A DNA stretch of 64,000 bases, taken from the IMG/VR virus record IMGVR_UViG_3300036766_001719. One strand, given 5' to 3'. Under the pieces are notes generated by a model. The model saw only the letters and a list, made by a program, of their open reading frames with translations. It was not told where the DNA came from and did not search any database. A program made the translations under genes and the position numbers. Of this stretch, positions 20,422-30,794 are shown piece after piece. The DNA comes from an uncultured virus (IMG/VR IMGVR_UViG_3300036766_001719). Its lineage: Duplodnaviria > Heunggongvirae > Uroviricota > Caudoviricetes. Each line of letters begins with the position of its first letter. Position 1 is the stretch's first letter.

Positions 20422-21271
20422 CTCTTGCAGCTTTAAGTGTGTTTTGTAATAAACACGCCACTACAACTGGACCAACGCCACCAGGAACCGGAGAGACTAG
20501 CCCTGCAACCTCTCTAACCTTCTCATCTACATCCCCCAAGACTTTCTTGCCTTGTCTAGTAATGCCAACATCAATAACCGCACTTCCAGGTTTAATAAAA
20601 TCAAAAGTCAAAAATCCTGGCTTCCCTACAGCAACAACCACAATATCTGACTGAAGACAAATTTCCTTTAACATCTCTGGCGGTGTACGATCATGACATA
20701 CAGTAGTAGTCGCATTAGCATAATCATCACATTCTTGTATCATCATAGAAGATAAAGGTTTCCCAATCACATTGCTTCTATTGATAATCGTAACTCGTTT
20801 TCCAGCTATTTGTATGCCGCTTTCATGTAACATAATTTGAACAGCATGTGGCGTACATGGTTTGAATCTTGGCTTGCCTTGTACTAATAATCCTACATTT
20901 TCAGGATGAAAAACATCAACATCCTTTGTGGGCTTAATTTCACTAAAAAAATCATTTTGGTCTAATTCCTTTGGCAAAGGAAGTTGAAGGATATACCCAC
21001 TAATTTCTGGATCATCATTTGCTTCTCGTAAAGTCTCATAAATGGCTTCTTTAGTTGGAGGAATTTCAAAAACACCAGAATATATTCCGACTTCTACACA
21101 TGCATCTACTTTTTTGCTAATATAAAGATGGCTTGCCGGATCGTCTCCTACCAAGATTGCACCTAATCTTGGTGTGATCCCTGTGCTTTGACGGAAAATT
21201 TCAACATCTCGTTTAATCTTTTCACGTAACTTTTTAGCTATTAAATTTCCATCAATTAATTTGCAAGTCAT
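20378..21271 (-). CDS. folD: methylenetetrahydrofolate dehydrogenase/cyclohydrolase
   Basis: VGDDPASHLY, QLPLP, KDVD, PCTP, PVPGGVGP. Confidence 0.95.
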   Translation of the reverse strand: MTCKLIDGNLIAKKLREKIKRDVEIFRQSTGITPRLGAILVGDDPASHLYISKKVDACVEVGIYSGVFEIPPTKEAIYETLREANDDPEISGYILQLPLPKELDQNDFFSEIKPTKDVDVFHPENVGLLVQGKPRFKPCTPHAVQIMLHESGIQIAGKRVTIINRSNVIGKPLSSMMIQECDDYANATTTVCHDRTPPEMLKEICLQSDIVVVAVGKPGFLTFDFIKPGSAVIDVGITRQGKKVLGDVDEKVREVAGLVSPVPGGVGPVVVACLLQNTLKAARDEHEKDNSYKSTYN

Positions 21272-21806
21272 TATGATCCTCTTTAGATATTTGGCTGAAC
21301 ACTATTTCTATAATTTTATCTACATCAGTTGCATCCACTTCTATAAACTGCACCCCCGTTATTTCCATAAATTTCTTAATGTATTCATCTAATCGTAAGG
21401 CTTCTTCATGAGTTTCATATCTTCCAGAAGTTTCATAAGGAATTTTGGACCTATTAAGCCAAATATTACAGGTTTTATAATTACTTTCAAATTTTTCTGC
21501 TATTGAGAGCAGTTCTTTCCACACTGGAGAGTTAAATTTCTTTGAAAATGCACATTGGAGAAACAACGGAGAGTCACACACAACATGCTCTACATCATGC
21601 TGAAATAGAAAATCAATTAAATGTAATTGGTTAGCAAAAATAAAGACTTGATCGAACGACTTACATTTTCTTCCTTGATAGGCCCAATATTTTATAAATT
21701 CTGTTACTAATTCAGCGTTATAACCTTTAGCCCGCAACTCTGAAAAAATTCTAGCAGCTTTTGTAGATTTGGTACTGCCAGGTCCGCCAAAGAAGTTAAT
21801 TAGCAT
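21252..21806 (-). CDS. P-loop nucleoside/nucleotide kinase (AAA_28/NadR-like)
   Basis: INFFGGPGSTKST, VCDSPL, GRYET. Confidence 0.75.
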   Translation of the reverse strand: MLINFFGGPGSTKSTKAARIFSELRAKGYNAELVTEFIKYWAYQGRKCKSFDQVFIFANQLHLIDFLFQHDVEHVVCDSPLFLQCAFSKKFNSPVWKELLSIAEKFESNYKTCNIWLNRSKIPYETSGRYETHEEALRLDEYIKKFMEITGVQFIEVDATDVDKIIEIVFSQISKEDHNDLQIN

Positions 21807-21815
21807 GATCGCACT

Positions 21816-22112
21816 TTAATTATTAGTGCGAATTATGTCAAGTTGTCTTAAAGCCTTGATAACCTCATCGTGACTATAGAAATTTTCTGACACTAGGGAA
21901 TAAATTAATATCGCCTCTACTTCTGGCAATTTAGTATCAGAAATCAATTCCTGAATGTCATGATAATTTCTTTTTCTAACCAACCAAGATGCAGAAAGAA
22001 GTCTATTTGGAAGTGAACTATCAAAAACCCTGCTACAATGCGCACAATTTGCTATGCCATCGTTCAAACATTCAGGGATGTCAGCACCGCAAAAAGGACA
22101 AACTAAAATCAC
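21816..22112 (-). CDS. zinc-ribbon hypothetical protein
   Basis: CPFC...CAHC. Confidence 0.6.
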   Translation of the reverse strand: MILVCPFCGADIPECLNDGIANCAHCSRVFDSSLPNRLLSASWLVRKRNYHDIQELISDTKLPEVEAILIYSLVSENFYSHDEVIKALRQLDIIRTNN

Positions 22113-22138
22113 TTTAATATATATGTAAATTAAAACAA

Positions 22139-22170
22139 AAAAAGCAAGGCTGATTTCAGCCTTGCTTTTT
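22139..22170 (-). terminator. intrinsic terminator
   Basis: AAAAGCAAGGCTGA-TT-TCAGCCTTGCTTTT downstream of the ParB-like gene. Confidence 0.8.
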
Positions 22171-22186
22171 CATTAGCATATCAAAT

Positions 22187-23464
22187 TCACTCGTCATCTG
22201 CCCCATCTTCATCGACGGCGCATTTAACAGCCCTTTGCTCCAGCAAAATTTGAGTGCTTCGCTGACGTTTCAAGACTTTCACAATATCCTCTTCTCCAGT
22301 AAGAATAGCCTTATAACAAGATTCACAAGCTCTTAGAGTGTTAACAGAAAACACTTCCTTATTATTAACATCCTTGCCATCAGCTTCGATTAACTTCTGA
22401 ATGGCAATAAGTTGCTTACGAATCTTGCCGTGCCGTAAAGGGTGAACGATTTCCTGCTCTCCTTCGGCTTCCTCTCCCTCGATTGTTTTTTCTGTAGCAG
22501 AACGAAGATTCTTAGTTTTGGCACGAGGCTTGTTAACCGAAACTCTTGCTTTCTTTTTCTTCTCAGTTTCGCTTTTCGCCTCGATCAACTCTTCTTGAAA
22601 AGAAGTTATTCCTGATTGGTCTTCATCAATAATAGCTTCAGCAAGTTTCGCTTCTACTACTTCTTGAGCAATTTCAGCTTTTACCAGAGCATCATCAGCT
22701 TTTTCAACAACCCCATGATGGTTATCTATAGCATCCTCATAAGATGCCAATAAATAGCGTTGACGTTTATCAATATCTTCAACTCTAGCTAATTTTAGAG
22801 CCAAAGTGCGATTGATTTTATCGTCAATCAAATAAGAAAAAGTAAGCTCATCCAATTCACATAATTTGTCCATCTCCCGCAACCACTGCTGAGATTTCTT
22901 TGTAATTTCAAGGATTTCAGCATCATCGCAGTTACAATCACGGAGTTTTTTGATAAGTTTAGCGACAGCGCCCTCTCCCCAACGAAAGGCACGGTCACTT
23001 ACCATAAAAGCAACTTTAAGAGCTTCCTTATCGTTTCCCTGAATAATACGACAAGGAACTTTGCTATAAAGGATAGAGGCTGGGCACCATTGGTTCTTAG
23101 TTCTGTGAAAACAAGAAGTGTTTTCAGTAATCAAGCCATCAATAGAATAATATCTCCGCTCCCCATCAAGAACCTGGACTTCAAGAGAAGTTCCATTAAA
23201 AACCCACCTGCAAATAAAGGGAGCCATCAGTCCTTCATCCCTAATATCAGCACGGAGAGAACTTATAGCGTACTCACTTAAACCAGAAGTTTCTTCCTGC
23301 CCATAGCGCCTTGGATTGTACCACTGATAATTCGACTTCTCATCAACCTTCTTAGCCAAAGAAAGTAATCCAAACTTTACATTATAAAGATCGTCATCAA
23401 TTCGTTCGATTCCAAGCGGCAATACGATCTCTTTCCCATCCATAAGAATCTTTTCACTGTTCAT
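22187..23464 (-). CDS. ParB/Srx-domain protein with coiled-coil
   Basis: NPRR...LRADIRDEGLMAP...VLDGERRY. Confidence 0.8.
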   Translation of the reverse strand: MNSEKILMDGKEIVLPLGIERIDDDLYNVKFGLLSLAKKVDEKSNYQWYNPRRYGQEETSGLSEYAISSLRADIRDEGLMAPFICRWVFNGTSLEVQVLDGERRYYSIDGLITENTSCFHRTKNQWCPASILYSKVPCRIIQGNDKEALKVAFMVSDRAFRWGEGAVAKLIKKLRDCNCDDAEILEITKKSQQWLREMDKLCELDELTFSYLIDDKINRTLALKLARVEDIDKRQRYLLASYEDAIDNHHGVVEKADDALVKAEIAQEVVEAKLAEAIIDEDQSGITSFQEELIEAKSETEKKKKARVSVNKPRAKTKNLRSATEKTIEGEEAEGEQEIVHPLRHGKIRKQLIAIQKLIEADGKDVNNKEVFSVNTLRACESCYKAILTGEEDIVKVLKRQRSTQILLEQRAVKCAVDEDGADDE

Positions 23465-23477
23465 AATTGCTCCTTCT

Positions 23478-23539
23478 AAAAAAGAAAGGTTACTCCTTAC
23501 GGGAGTGTAAAAAAGAAAGGTTACTCCTTACGGGAGTGT
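23478..23539. repeat. perfect 2x31-bp tandem repeat with internal palindrome
   Basis: AAAAAAGAAAGGTTACTCCTTACGGGAGTGT twice. Confidence 0.95.
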
Positions 23540-23624
23540 CAAAATGTGTTGTCTTCAAGAGAACAAGCTGCCTTGCCACGATTTGAACCGCTTCCTTGGC
23601 GGCATATGAATTGGATATACAACT

Positions 23625-24260
23625 TCAAAAGTTGTAATTCTTGTGTTGCCGACGACAGCGAACTAACCAAGCTACTTCGTATTCTTTCTGACCAAAACTG
23701 TCAAGCACAGAATTTCTTTTTCTTAATACCAAGCCCTCAACTTCATCACATTTAAATTCACTAAAATGTTTTGATAACTCACTTTCAAATGTAGGAGCCA
23801 ATAAAATATTTTCACTTATTTGATAGCCCATCTGTCTCCATGAGTCTAATTTTCTAGGGCTACCACAAATTTCATCCAACATACTGAGTCGAACCATCTG
23901 ATTTGGGCTTAGAAATAAATACTTTCCGTTTTGCAGAATATCAAACAAAACAATTTTGTTTTTTGTTTCCGAAGATGAAGTTTTGTTCAATAATTCACTG
24001 TCAAACCAGTATTCAACCCCTTTTTTCAAGTTTGGTATTGCCAAAATTTCGTTTTTCACTTTGTCAGGCAAGGAATAGCTCAAATGCTTATCTCCATGCC
24101 TACTCCAGACAGTTACAGTACCGTCAGATTCAATGTGAATTGGATTTCTGGAACCATTGTATTTAGGTTGAGCAATCCAAAGACCAGTTTTTTCAAAATA
24201 ATCTAAATCCGAAGGCGGAATTGCGCCTTTAGGACGTGGAGGAAAAATTACTTTAGCCAT
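23625..24260 (-). CDS. ATP-dependent ligase, adenylation domain only
   Basis: QPKYNG, WSRHG, FDSEL, LFDIL, EGLVLR; no OB domain. Confidence 0.75.
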   Translation of the reverse strand: MAKVIFPPRPKGAIPPSDLDYFEKTGLWIAQPKYNGSRNPIHIESDGTVTVWSRHGDKHLSYSLPDKVKNEILAIPNLKKGVEYWFDSELLNKTSSSETKNKIVLFDILQNGKYLFLSPNQMVRLSMLDEICGSPRKLDSWRQMGYQISENILLAPTFESELSKHFSEFKCDEVEGLVLRKRNSVLDSFGQKEYEVAWLVRCRRQHKNYNF

Positions 24261-24293
24261 ACTGCATTATACTTGAAAATCAACCAATGTAAA

Positions 24294-24509
24294 TCAACCA
24301 ACCATAATTTTTGGAATTATCTGAAGGGAAAACTTTTCTTGGTACTTTTTGGCTACTGTGATTGCAATTTGTTTCTGAAAAAAATTCCGCACGGTGCCTG
24401 TTAATATAAGGTTATTATCATATATGCAAGCTTTGATTTGAAAATTCCTTACTACTGAATTGGCCGCTAACTCAGCAGTCAATTCTTCCGAAATGCGATG
24501 GTAGTCCAT
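24294..24509 (-). CDS. BON-domain protein
   Basis: LILTGTVRNFFQKQIA. Confidence 0.7.
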   Translation of the reverse strand: MDYHRISEELTAELAANSVVRNFQIKACIYDNNLILTGTVRNFFQKQIAITVAKKYQEKFSLQIIPKIMVG

Positions 24510-24758
24510 ACATGCCTTTCAAATGTTGTAGTCACAAAGTAGAAAAGCATCTTACCAGCCTTATTTTGAAATTCAAGAAAATTTTTAAAATTCTTCATAT
24601 CTACTTCGTGATCTTGACCAGGCTATTTGAAAGCTGTTTTAAGTGCCGCCTCTCTTTTTACTATGAGATCATGCTTATTGACGAACAAATCAATTTGCGA
24701 GTTGGTGGCCCTATACTGGACAAATGTTCATTTTGTAAAAAATGTTATGAATGCTGCA

Positions 24759-25106
24759 TTAAAGATGGTCACTGCCAAATTCTAAATTGTGGGAATCCAT
24801 TAACAGACAATTTCTTTTAACGTTATAATTCTTAAACTTTCTCGCCCAACATCTAAACTTTTCATCTGCGTTCGGCATATCAATTTCTAATAAACCACAA
24901 ATCACAGTAAGTTCTTCTATTAAATTCTTATAAGAGCTAAGCAAAACTTGAGTTTTTCCATGCCAATGAGGATGTTTGTCTATAATGTCCTGTACAAATT
25001 CATCCTGCTTTTGCTCTACTAAAGTCTGCACTAAAGCATGTAATTTAATTTTCAATAAGTCACAGTCCACAGTTAATGCCAACAAAATTTCATCAATATC
25101 CTTCAT
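24759..25106 (-). CDS. hypothetical protein
   Basis: ORF coupled to upstream gene. Confidence 0.5.
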   Translation of the reverse strand: MKDIDEILLALTVDCDLLKIKLHALVQTLVEQKQDEFVQDIIDKHPHWHGKTQVLLSSYKNLIEELTVICGLLEIDMPNADEKFRCWARKFKNYNVKRNCLLMDSHNLEFGSDHL

Positions 25107-26407
25107 CCGATCTCCATTTTCAACTTAAGTAAGACTTCATCAAATAACTCTTCCCAATTATCCAAAGTCTTTTGCTTCATTATTTCTACACTTTTATACC
25201 ATTTTTTTTGCCAACGCCAATCATATGCTTTAGACAACAAAAGCCAAGTTTTAATACCCAATGCTCCAGCCAAATGTGCAACAGCCGTATCTACTGTAAT
25301 TAATAAATCAATTTCTTTCAAGTAATTAGCAGTAATATTATAATCAATAAGATATTCAGACAAATCTGTAAATTTAAATGCACTTCCGCCTAACAAATCA
25401 ATTTCTTCAACTTCTCTTCCCTCCCTGATGTCAGTATTTTGCACTGGCCACGCCCTTTTCATCTCGCCTTTCTGAAAACTAATTAATGATTCCTTCAAAT
25501 AATCAGCCAATTTATTGAAATGATGAAGATGGCAACTTCTATGCCTGTCTAAAGGATGCCACTTATTCCCGGCCCAAACTATACCAATTCTGGGACGATA
25601 TTCATCTAAAAAAATCAATTTCGGCATTTCTTCTAGCTTCGGTGTAATATATGAGCCTACTTCTGTATTCTCAAGATCAGGATCAAAAAGTAAAGACAAA
25701 CTATTGATAGAAACCATATAATCACAGACCTCATATTGCCCATCTATGTCAGGAAAATTAAGAAATAAGGGTTCTTTAGTATCAAGAAATAATTTAGCAC
25801 CTGTCAATTCCTTTAATTGCTGTATGTATCTAAGCCCTTGAATTAAATCTCCATCTCCCATCTCGTTAAAAATCAATAGCTTCATTCCTTTAATATCTTG
25901 CTTTCCATCCCATATAGGCAAATTATATTTTCTTATATTTCTAGCTATTTCTGCGAGTTTAAGCCTAGACTCATTCAACTCAAGTCCTTCTCTAAATTTT
26001 TTATTACATAATAAAATATAAGATAATTCATATTGAGAACAAACATCATTGGGTTTTAACTCTAAAATTTTCCTAAACGTCTTCTCCGCTTCATCTAATA
26101 ACTTTAATTTCTTTTGTATTGTTGCCTTGGTGCAATATAATTCAACTGGCACTGTCTCATGTATATCTAAAGCTCTTTCGATTTGATACAACGCTTTACC
26201 TAAATCTCCGTTCCAGGAATGTAAATAAGCCAAATTATTATGCAAATAATAATTGTCTGGATACGACAAATAAATGCCATCCTCCAATGTACAAATAGCC
26301 GCATGGACATTCCCTGATTGAAACTGTTTTCCAGCTATTTCAAGAATAAGATCATTAACTTGGTTCTGCGTTTCCAATATCTCTACTTTCAATGATTTGC
26401 CTATCAT
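25103..26407 (-). CDS. TPR + glycosyltransferase family 9-like protein
   Basis: TPRs; EMGDGDLIQ, IGIVWAGN, DLLITVDTAVAHLAGALG, DWRW. Confidence 0.85.
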   Translation of the reverse strand: MIGKSLKVEILETQNQVNDLILEIAGKQFQSGNVHAAICTLEDGIYLSYPDNYYLHNNLAYLHSWNGDLGKALYQIERALDIHETVPVELYCTKATIQKKLKLLDEAEKTFRKILELKPNDVCSQYELSYILLCNKKFREGLELNESRLKLAEIARNIRKYNLPIWDGKQDIKGMKLLIFNEMGDGDLIQGLRYIQQLKELTGAKLFLDTKEPLFLNFPDIDGQYEVCDYMVSINSLSLLFDPDLENTEVGSYITPKLEEMPKLIFLDEYRPRIGIVWAGNKWHPLDRHRSCHLHHFNKLADYLKESLISFQKGEMKRAWPVQNTDIREGREVEEIDLLGGSAFKFTDLSEYLIDYNITANYLKEIDLLITVDTAVAHLAGALGIKTWLLLSKAYDWRWQKKWYKSVEIMKQKTLDNWEELFDEVLLKLKMEIG

Positions 26408-27218
26408 ATTTCCTCTTTTCTCTCTTTTTTCTATGAAATTCTCTTATAGGATTCGCAAAATCTTTTATAGGATGCATAATACTGGCCTGCAAGTATTCCT
26501 CTTCTACAAATCTGAGTTGCGGTTGCCATCTTATAGGATATTTTCTGTAGTTGCCTTGCACCCATACACCTGAATTTTGACTCCACTTAGCAAACTGCCT
26601 AACATCTCCACCCCAATGTTTTGCAAGTGTAGGCATCATATGTTCTGTTAAATCCCATGCAGCTTTACCTTCATAATTTGGGAAAAATCCGTTTTTGAAA
26701 TCGTTTGTATAATATAAAAATCTTTCGAAAAAATTCTCCTGCATTGCCTTCTTGATGAAATTCTTATGATAAAAAATACACGCTCCCAAAAGATAAACAA
26801 TTTCTTTAAATTTAGTATTCAACATTAATTCTATTAAAGGGAACTCTACTGTCTGTTTATCTCTATAATCATTACCAACACACCATACATTATTCACGTC
26901 TAAAATCTGCAAGTCTTTTTTAAATGAAGATGACCCTATAAGACAATCATACTCCAAACAACAATACCAATCCGAATCTGGATATTGTCTAACTGCATTT
27001 AATATCCCTAACGCTACATTTCTATATGGTGCTCTATGATAAGCATGGTAGAACCCTTTCAAAATAGATGCTTGGCATTCCACTGTAGCATACATTCCCC
27101 AATTAACTTCATCGACTACCAAAAGAACCTTATCTGTCATATATGTAAGAACAGAATCTATGGTATCTAAAGTAGTCTCTAGCTGCCCGTGTGTTAAAAT
27201 TATTGCTGTAATATCCAT
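26355..27218 (-). CDS. GT-A fold glycosyltransferase-like protein
   Basis: ITAIILTH...VLLVVD...LEYD...HPIK. Confidence 0.55.
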   Translation of the reverse strand: MDITAIILTHGQLETTLDTIDSVLTYMTDKVLLVVDEVNWGMYATVECQASILKGFYHAYHRAPYRNVALGILNAVRQYPDSDWYCCLEYDCLIGSSSFKKDLQILDVNNVWCVGNDYRDKQTVEFPLIELMLNTKFKEIVYLLGACIFYHKNFIKKAMQENFFERFLYYTNDFKNGFFPNYEGKAAWDLTEHMMPTLAKHWGGDVRQFAKWSQNSGVWVQGNYRKYPIRWQPQLRFVEEEYLQASIMHPIKDFANPIREFHRKKREKRKYDRQIIESRDIGNAEPS

Positions 27219-27287
27219 GAATTACTCTAATAAAAACTCTTATTTTATCTAAATAACTATACTAATCTAGAATAAAAGGATTAAAAA

Positions 27288-28196
27288 ATGGAAGACATCC
27301 AAGAAAAATTAAATAATTTAGAAAAATTAATTATACAAAATACTTCAGATATTCAAGGCATTAATAGTAAACTCAAAAATTTAGAACCGTCAAAGGTAAA
27401 ATCAAGTGAACTCGAAAGATTAACAAATTTTCTAAATTCTTCAGAATGGCCCGCTGCTGTCGATCCACTGCTTATCGTAGACGCAAACTCAGAACAAGAC
27501 AAAGAAGATCGTGCAGAAGGAATTCTTGATTTAATTATAGAATCTTCTCTAAAAGACAAAGCATTCCTTGATTTTGGATGTGGCGAAGGACATGTAGTAA
27601 AAAAATCAATATCACAAAGTCCAAAGATTTCAGTTGGGTATGATATTGTAAATTCAGAAAAATGGACGGCCTGGGAAGCAAAACCTAATATGTTATTTAC
27701 CACAGATTGGGAGCAAATAAAAAAACAAGGACCATATAATGTAATTCTAGTTTACGATGTTATTGACCATATTTTAGGATCAGAACCAGAAATAATAAAC
27801 AATTTTAAACAACTTAAATCAGTATGCGCTCCCAAAGCAAAAGTTTACGTGAGGTGTCACCCCTTTAGCTCAAAACATGCCACTCACTTGTATCGCAAAC
27901 TTAATAAAGCTTATGCACACATAATCTTTACAGAAGAAGAACTGAAGCAACTAGGTTATGATGGAGGCATTCCTGTAAAAAAAGTAATGTTCCCACTATC
28001 TTTTTACAAACGAGTATTCACTACCGCTGGATTTAAATTAATAAGTAAAAATCCTCAAATATCAAGAGAAACAATAAACCCATTCTTCCAAAAATACCCT
28101 TTAATAGTAGATAGAATTACCAAGCATTGGAAAAGCACTGACAAATTCCCAACATTCCAATTAGAATTACAATTTTTAGATTATATTTTAGAGTAA
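27288..28196 (+). CDS. class I SAM-dependent methyltransferase
   Basis: FLDFGCGEG, VGYDI, YDVIDH. Confidence 0.85.
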   Translation: MEDIQEKLNNLEKLIIQNTSDIQGINSKLKNLEPSKVKSSELERLTNFLNSSEWPAAVDPLLIVDANSEQDKEDRAEGILDLIIESSLKDKAFLDFGCGEGHVVKKSISQSPKISVGYDIVNSEKWTAWEAKPNMLFTTDWEQIKKQGPYNVILVYDVIDHILGSEPEIINNFKQLKSVCAPKAKVYVRCHPFSSKHATHLYRKLNKAYAHIIFTEEELKQLGYDGGIPVKKVMFPLSFYKRVFTTAGFKLISKNPQISRETINPFFQKYPLIVDRITKHWKSTDKFPTFQLELQFLDYILE

Positions 28197-28985
28197 TGCA
28201 TCTGGTAAATAAATAGAATTATATAACTTAATTGTTTTAGCCCTAATATCTAAATCTGGAATTTCTTTAAAATTTCTATATACCTTCTTTGTTTCAACGT
28301 GATTAGATTTAGTGTTATGATAATATTTTTTGGATTTAACTGATAAAAAATCCAATAACTTATTAGGATTATCTTCAACCTTATACCTGAAATAAATTCT
28401 GTTTTCCGATTTCTGCTTAATCATTCTATTCCATTCAACCCAATAAAGTGCTGCTCTAGAGATAGAATCCTTAACATCCTTCATACCTGGAATGTACTTA
28501 TAAATAAACTGATGATACTCTTTAAGATCATCTTCTATACATTCATCTTTAAAATATTTTAAACCGTTAATAAATGAACTTATAACCTTCATTGGATGAC
28601 GAAAAACATGAATAATAACTGCATCCCTAAAATAAGGGTCATCAAGAAAAGGTGCCGCCATATAACTTGAATCTGCAACTAATTTAATCTCTTTATCTCC
28701 AAACCAGCAAATGCCTTCTTTTTCTTCGCACTCTGAAGCAAGTTTCCCAATATGACTTATAGAAGTAGGCTCTACTCCTTCAACTCTGTTCTTGGCAGTT
28801 TCTATGCCTTTGCAATCAAAAATACTTTCATGTCCACACGGAATACCTATGCTTGAAAATAATTTGGCCATATAAACTGTGCCACTCCTACCGCAGCCAG
28901 TTATAATATATTTTAATTTATTAACCTTGAGGTCTTTAAGTAACTCTTTACCTGTATATATATAAAGTTCTTTCTCTGAAACCAT
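28188..28985 (-). CDS. sulfotransferase-family protein
   Basis: ITGCGRSGT, GHE, RHPMKVISS. Confidence 0.8.
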   Translation of the reverse strand: MVSEKELYIYTGKELLKDLKVNKLKYIITGCGRSGTVYMAKLFSSIGIPCGHESIFDCKGIETAKNRVEGVEPTSISHIGKLASECEEKEGICWFGDKEIKLVADSSYMAAPFLDDPYFRDAVIIHVFRHPMKVISSFINGLKYFKDECIEDDLKEYHQFIYKYIPGMKDVKDSISRAALYWVEWNRMIKQKSENRIYFRYKVEDNPNKLLDFLSVKSKKYYHNTKSNHVETKKVYRNFKEIPDLDIRAKTIKLYNSIYLPDALL

Positions 28986-29091
28986 ATATTACTTAGAGTG
29001 AGCTTTATTAACTTTTTTATTTTCTTTGCATAAAGTATCAAGTTTAATTTTAATAGCAATTAGTTTATCATAAACCTGATTAATTTTAAGA

Positions 29092-29613
29092 TTAAGATTT
29101 ATCATTACGAATCCCTCCTGGAGAAGTGTTAAAATTAAAGACGCTGCACATACCAGATATTGATTTGGACCCAAAATCAGTTGTCCAAAAACCACCAGTC
29201 AATCCAAAACCAACATCCTTAAAATGTGGGTTTTCTATATTTACCTTATGACCATAATCTGACATCCATGCATCAAACACATCATTTGCAGTTCTGTAAC
29301 CCTCTGCTATATTTTCGCCAACCCAATTCCAAATATACCCCTCAGCTTTAACCCTATCGCCAACAGTTCTACCATTTTCATAATGCGACATTGTATTATT
29401 TATATTCATCCAATTACTGTGTTTTTGCGCTGAATTTATTAAATTAACATCCAAAGTAAGCAACGGAACATTAATTGCCGCTCGCCTAGCATTATGCAAT
29501 TTCAAAAGTTGATTCGCAAAATCAGTTGATGGAGGCGCAGGAGGGGGAATGGGCGATGGAATAGGCTTATAATTTAAGATAGATATGATCCAATTCAATA
29601 TATTGTTAAACAC
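29092..29613 (-). CDS. CAP/SCP-domain protein
   Basis: LHNARR, AQKHS..M, GENIA, WMSDYGHKVNI. Confidence 0.88.
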   Translation of the reverse strand: MFNNILNWIISILNYKPIPSPIPPPAPPSTDFANQLLKLHNARRAAINVPLLTLDVNLINSAQKHSNWMNINNTMSHYENGRTVGDRVKAEGYIWNWVGENIAEGYRTANDVFDAWMSDYGHKVNIENPHFKDVGFGLTGGFWTTDFGSKSISGMCSVFNFNTSPGGIRNDKS

Positions 29614-29628
29614 ACATTATATAGTGTG

Positions 29629-30069
29629 CTAATACAATTCTAATTGACCAGTTATTTCATCAATTTTACCATTATGATCTGGCCCTATAGCACAAGCAGT
29701 AACAGTAGGAACCCCATGAAATTCAGTTCTTCCTGCATCCGTAACTACCCACGCTTCTATATTCTTGCCTTTAGCTCTTGCTACAACTTCCATAAGGGCT
29801 TCTTCGCTATCTACTCTAACACAAACCTTAGTAAATGAGCCAGTCAACCACTCCACTTCCTCTTTGGAAAAGTTGACCATAAAAATTAATTTTAAGGCAA
29901 TCCACAATCTTTTGAAAAAACTAGCCCTAAAACCAAGTCTGTTAACCAGCCACATCATTGAAGCGTGACTCGCCTGACTTATCTCTTTCCCACGACGAAG
30001 TTTCAAATCTTTGCGAATTACAATTATTTGCTTGATTTGTCTTTCCAAGTCAGCCATAAAAATATACAC
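29629..30069 (-). CDS. pth2: peptidyl-tRNA hydrolase Pth2
   Basis: KQIIVIRKDL..RGK..QASHAS, DAGRTEF, TACAIGP. Confidence 0.9.
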   Translation of the reverse strand: MYIFMADLERQIKQIIVIRKDLKLRRGKEISQASHASMMWLVNRLGFRASFFKRLWIALKLIFMVNFSKEEVEWLTGSFTKVCVRVDSEEALMEVVARAKGKNIEAWVVTDAGRTEFHGVPTVTACAIGPDHNGKIDEITGQLELY

Positions 30070-30506
30070 TCCTGCACTTGTTCACAACCCGCTCCTGGCA
30101 ATGGCCCAAAATCTTTACCGCCACTCATGGAAACAAGTGCCTTTCTTGCAGACTGTTGTACCTTTTCATTGTCATCATCCAACATATTAACTATTTTTGT
30201 GAAATAAGATTGCAAATCCCTCTTAACAATAGTTTCAATTCCCAATTTCCTAAACATAGGATTAGGATGCTTTATCGCTTGAACTAAAATATCTTCTGTC
30301 GCACCATCAAAACTATTCTTTAATTTTTGATATTCCTGTTTTGCCTGCACTTGCTGTAAATAGAACTGAAGTTGATTTGGTACAACTTTAGGCGTCTTAA
30401 TCTTAGCGTTAGGAGGACACGCCCCCTGAGCCTTTGGCTTTCAGGCACCTTCCGCACGATAAGAAAAACTAAAAAACAGAATCAAAAGAAATAGAGATGA
30501 TCTCAT
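30024..30506 (-). CDS. signal-peptide HEAT-repeat protein with in-frame TGA at codon 22
   Basis: MRSSLFLLILFFSFSYRAEGA-TGA-KPKAQGAC... continuous with HEAT-like ORF 30024..30350. Confidence 0.6.
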
Positions 30507-30781
30507 TTTAAACCTAGAGCCTTTCTTTCTTCAATGCTCAATTTTGCCAAGGCTTCTTGTTTAATTTCCGCTACCTTCCTGGATTCCTCTTCAAGCTTGC
30601 GACGTTTTTCATCCGCCACTTTATGGTCGTCCCACCAAACCTTAACTTTCTTAGGGAACTTATATCCAACCATATTCAAGGTTTCTATATCATAGCATAA
30701 AGTACATAAAAGATCAGCTATTTTATCTGCTTCCTTTTTAAGCTCCCCATAAGTATCATAATCATCAGTACGACATGGCAT
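30503..30781 (-). CDS. conserved phage hypothetical protein
   Basis: MPC...LC..C...WWDDHK..D...ALAKLS.EERKALG. Confidence 0.7.
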   Translation of the reverse strand: MPCRTDDYDTYGELKKEADKIADLLCTLCYDIETLNMVGYKFPKKVKVWWDDHKVADEKRRKLEEESRKVAEIKQEALAKLSIEERKALGLK

Positions 30782-30794
30782 GTTATTCCTCCTA

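Noticed and set aside
23478..23539. CRISPR array
   Set aside because: Two abutting copies with no spacer and no cas genes
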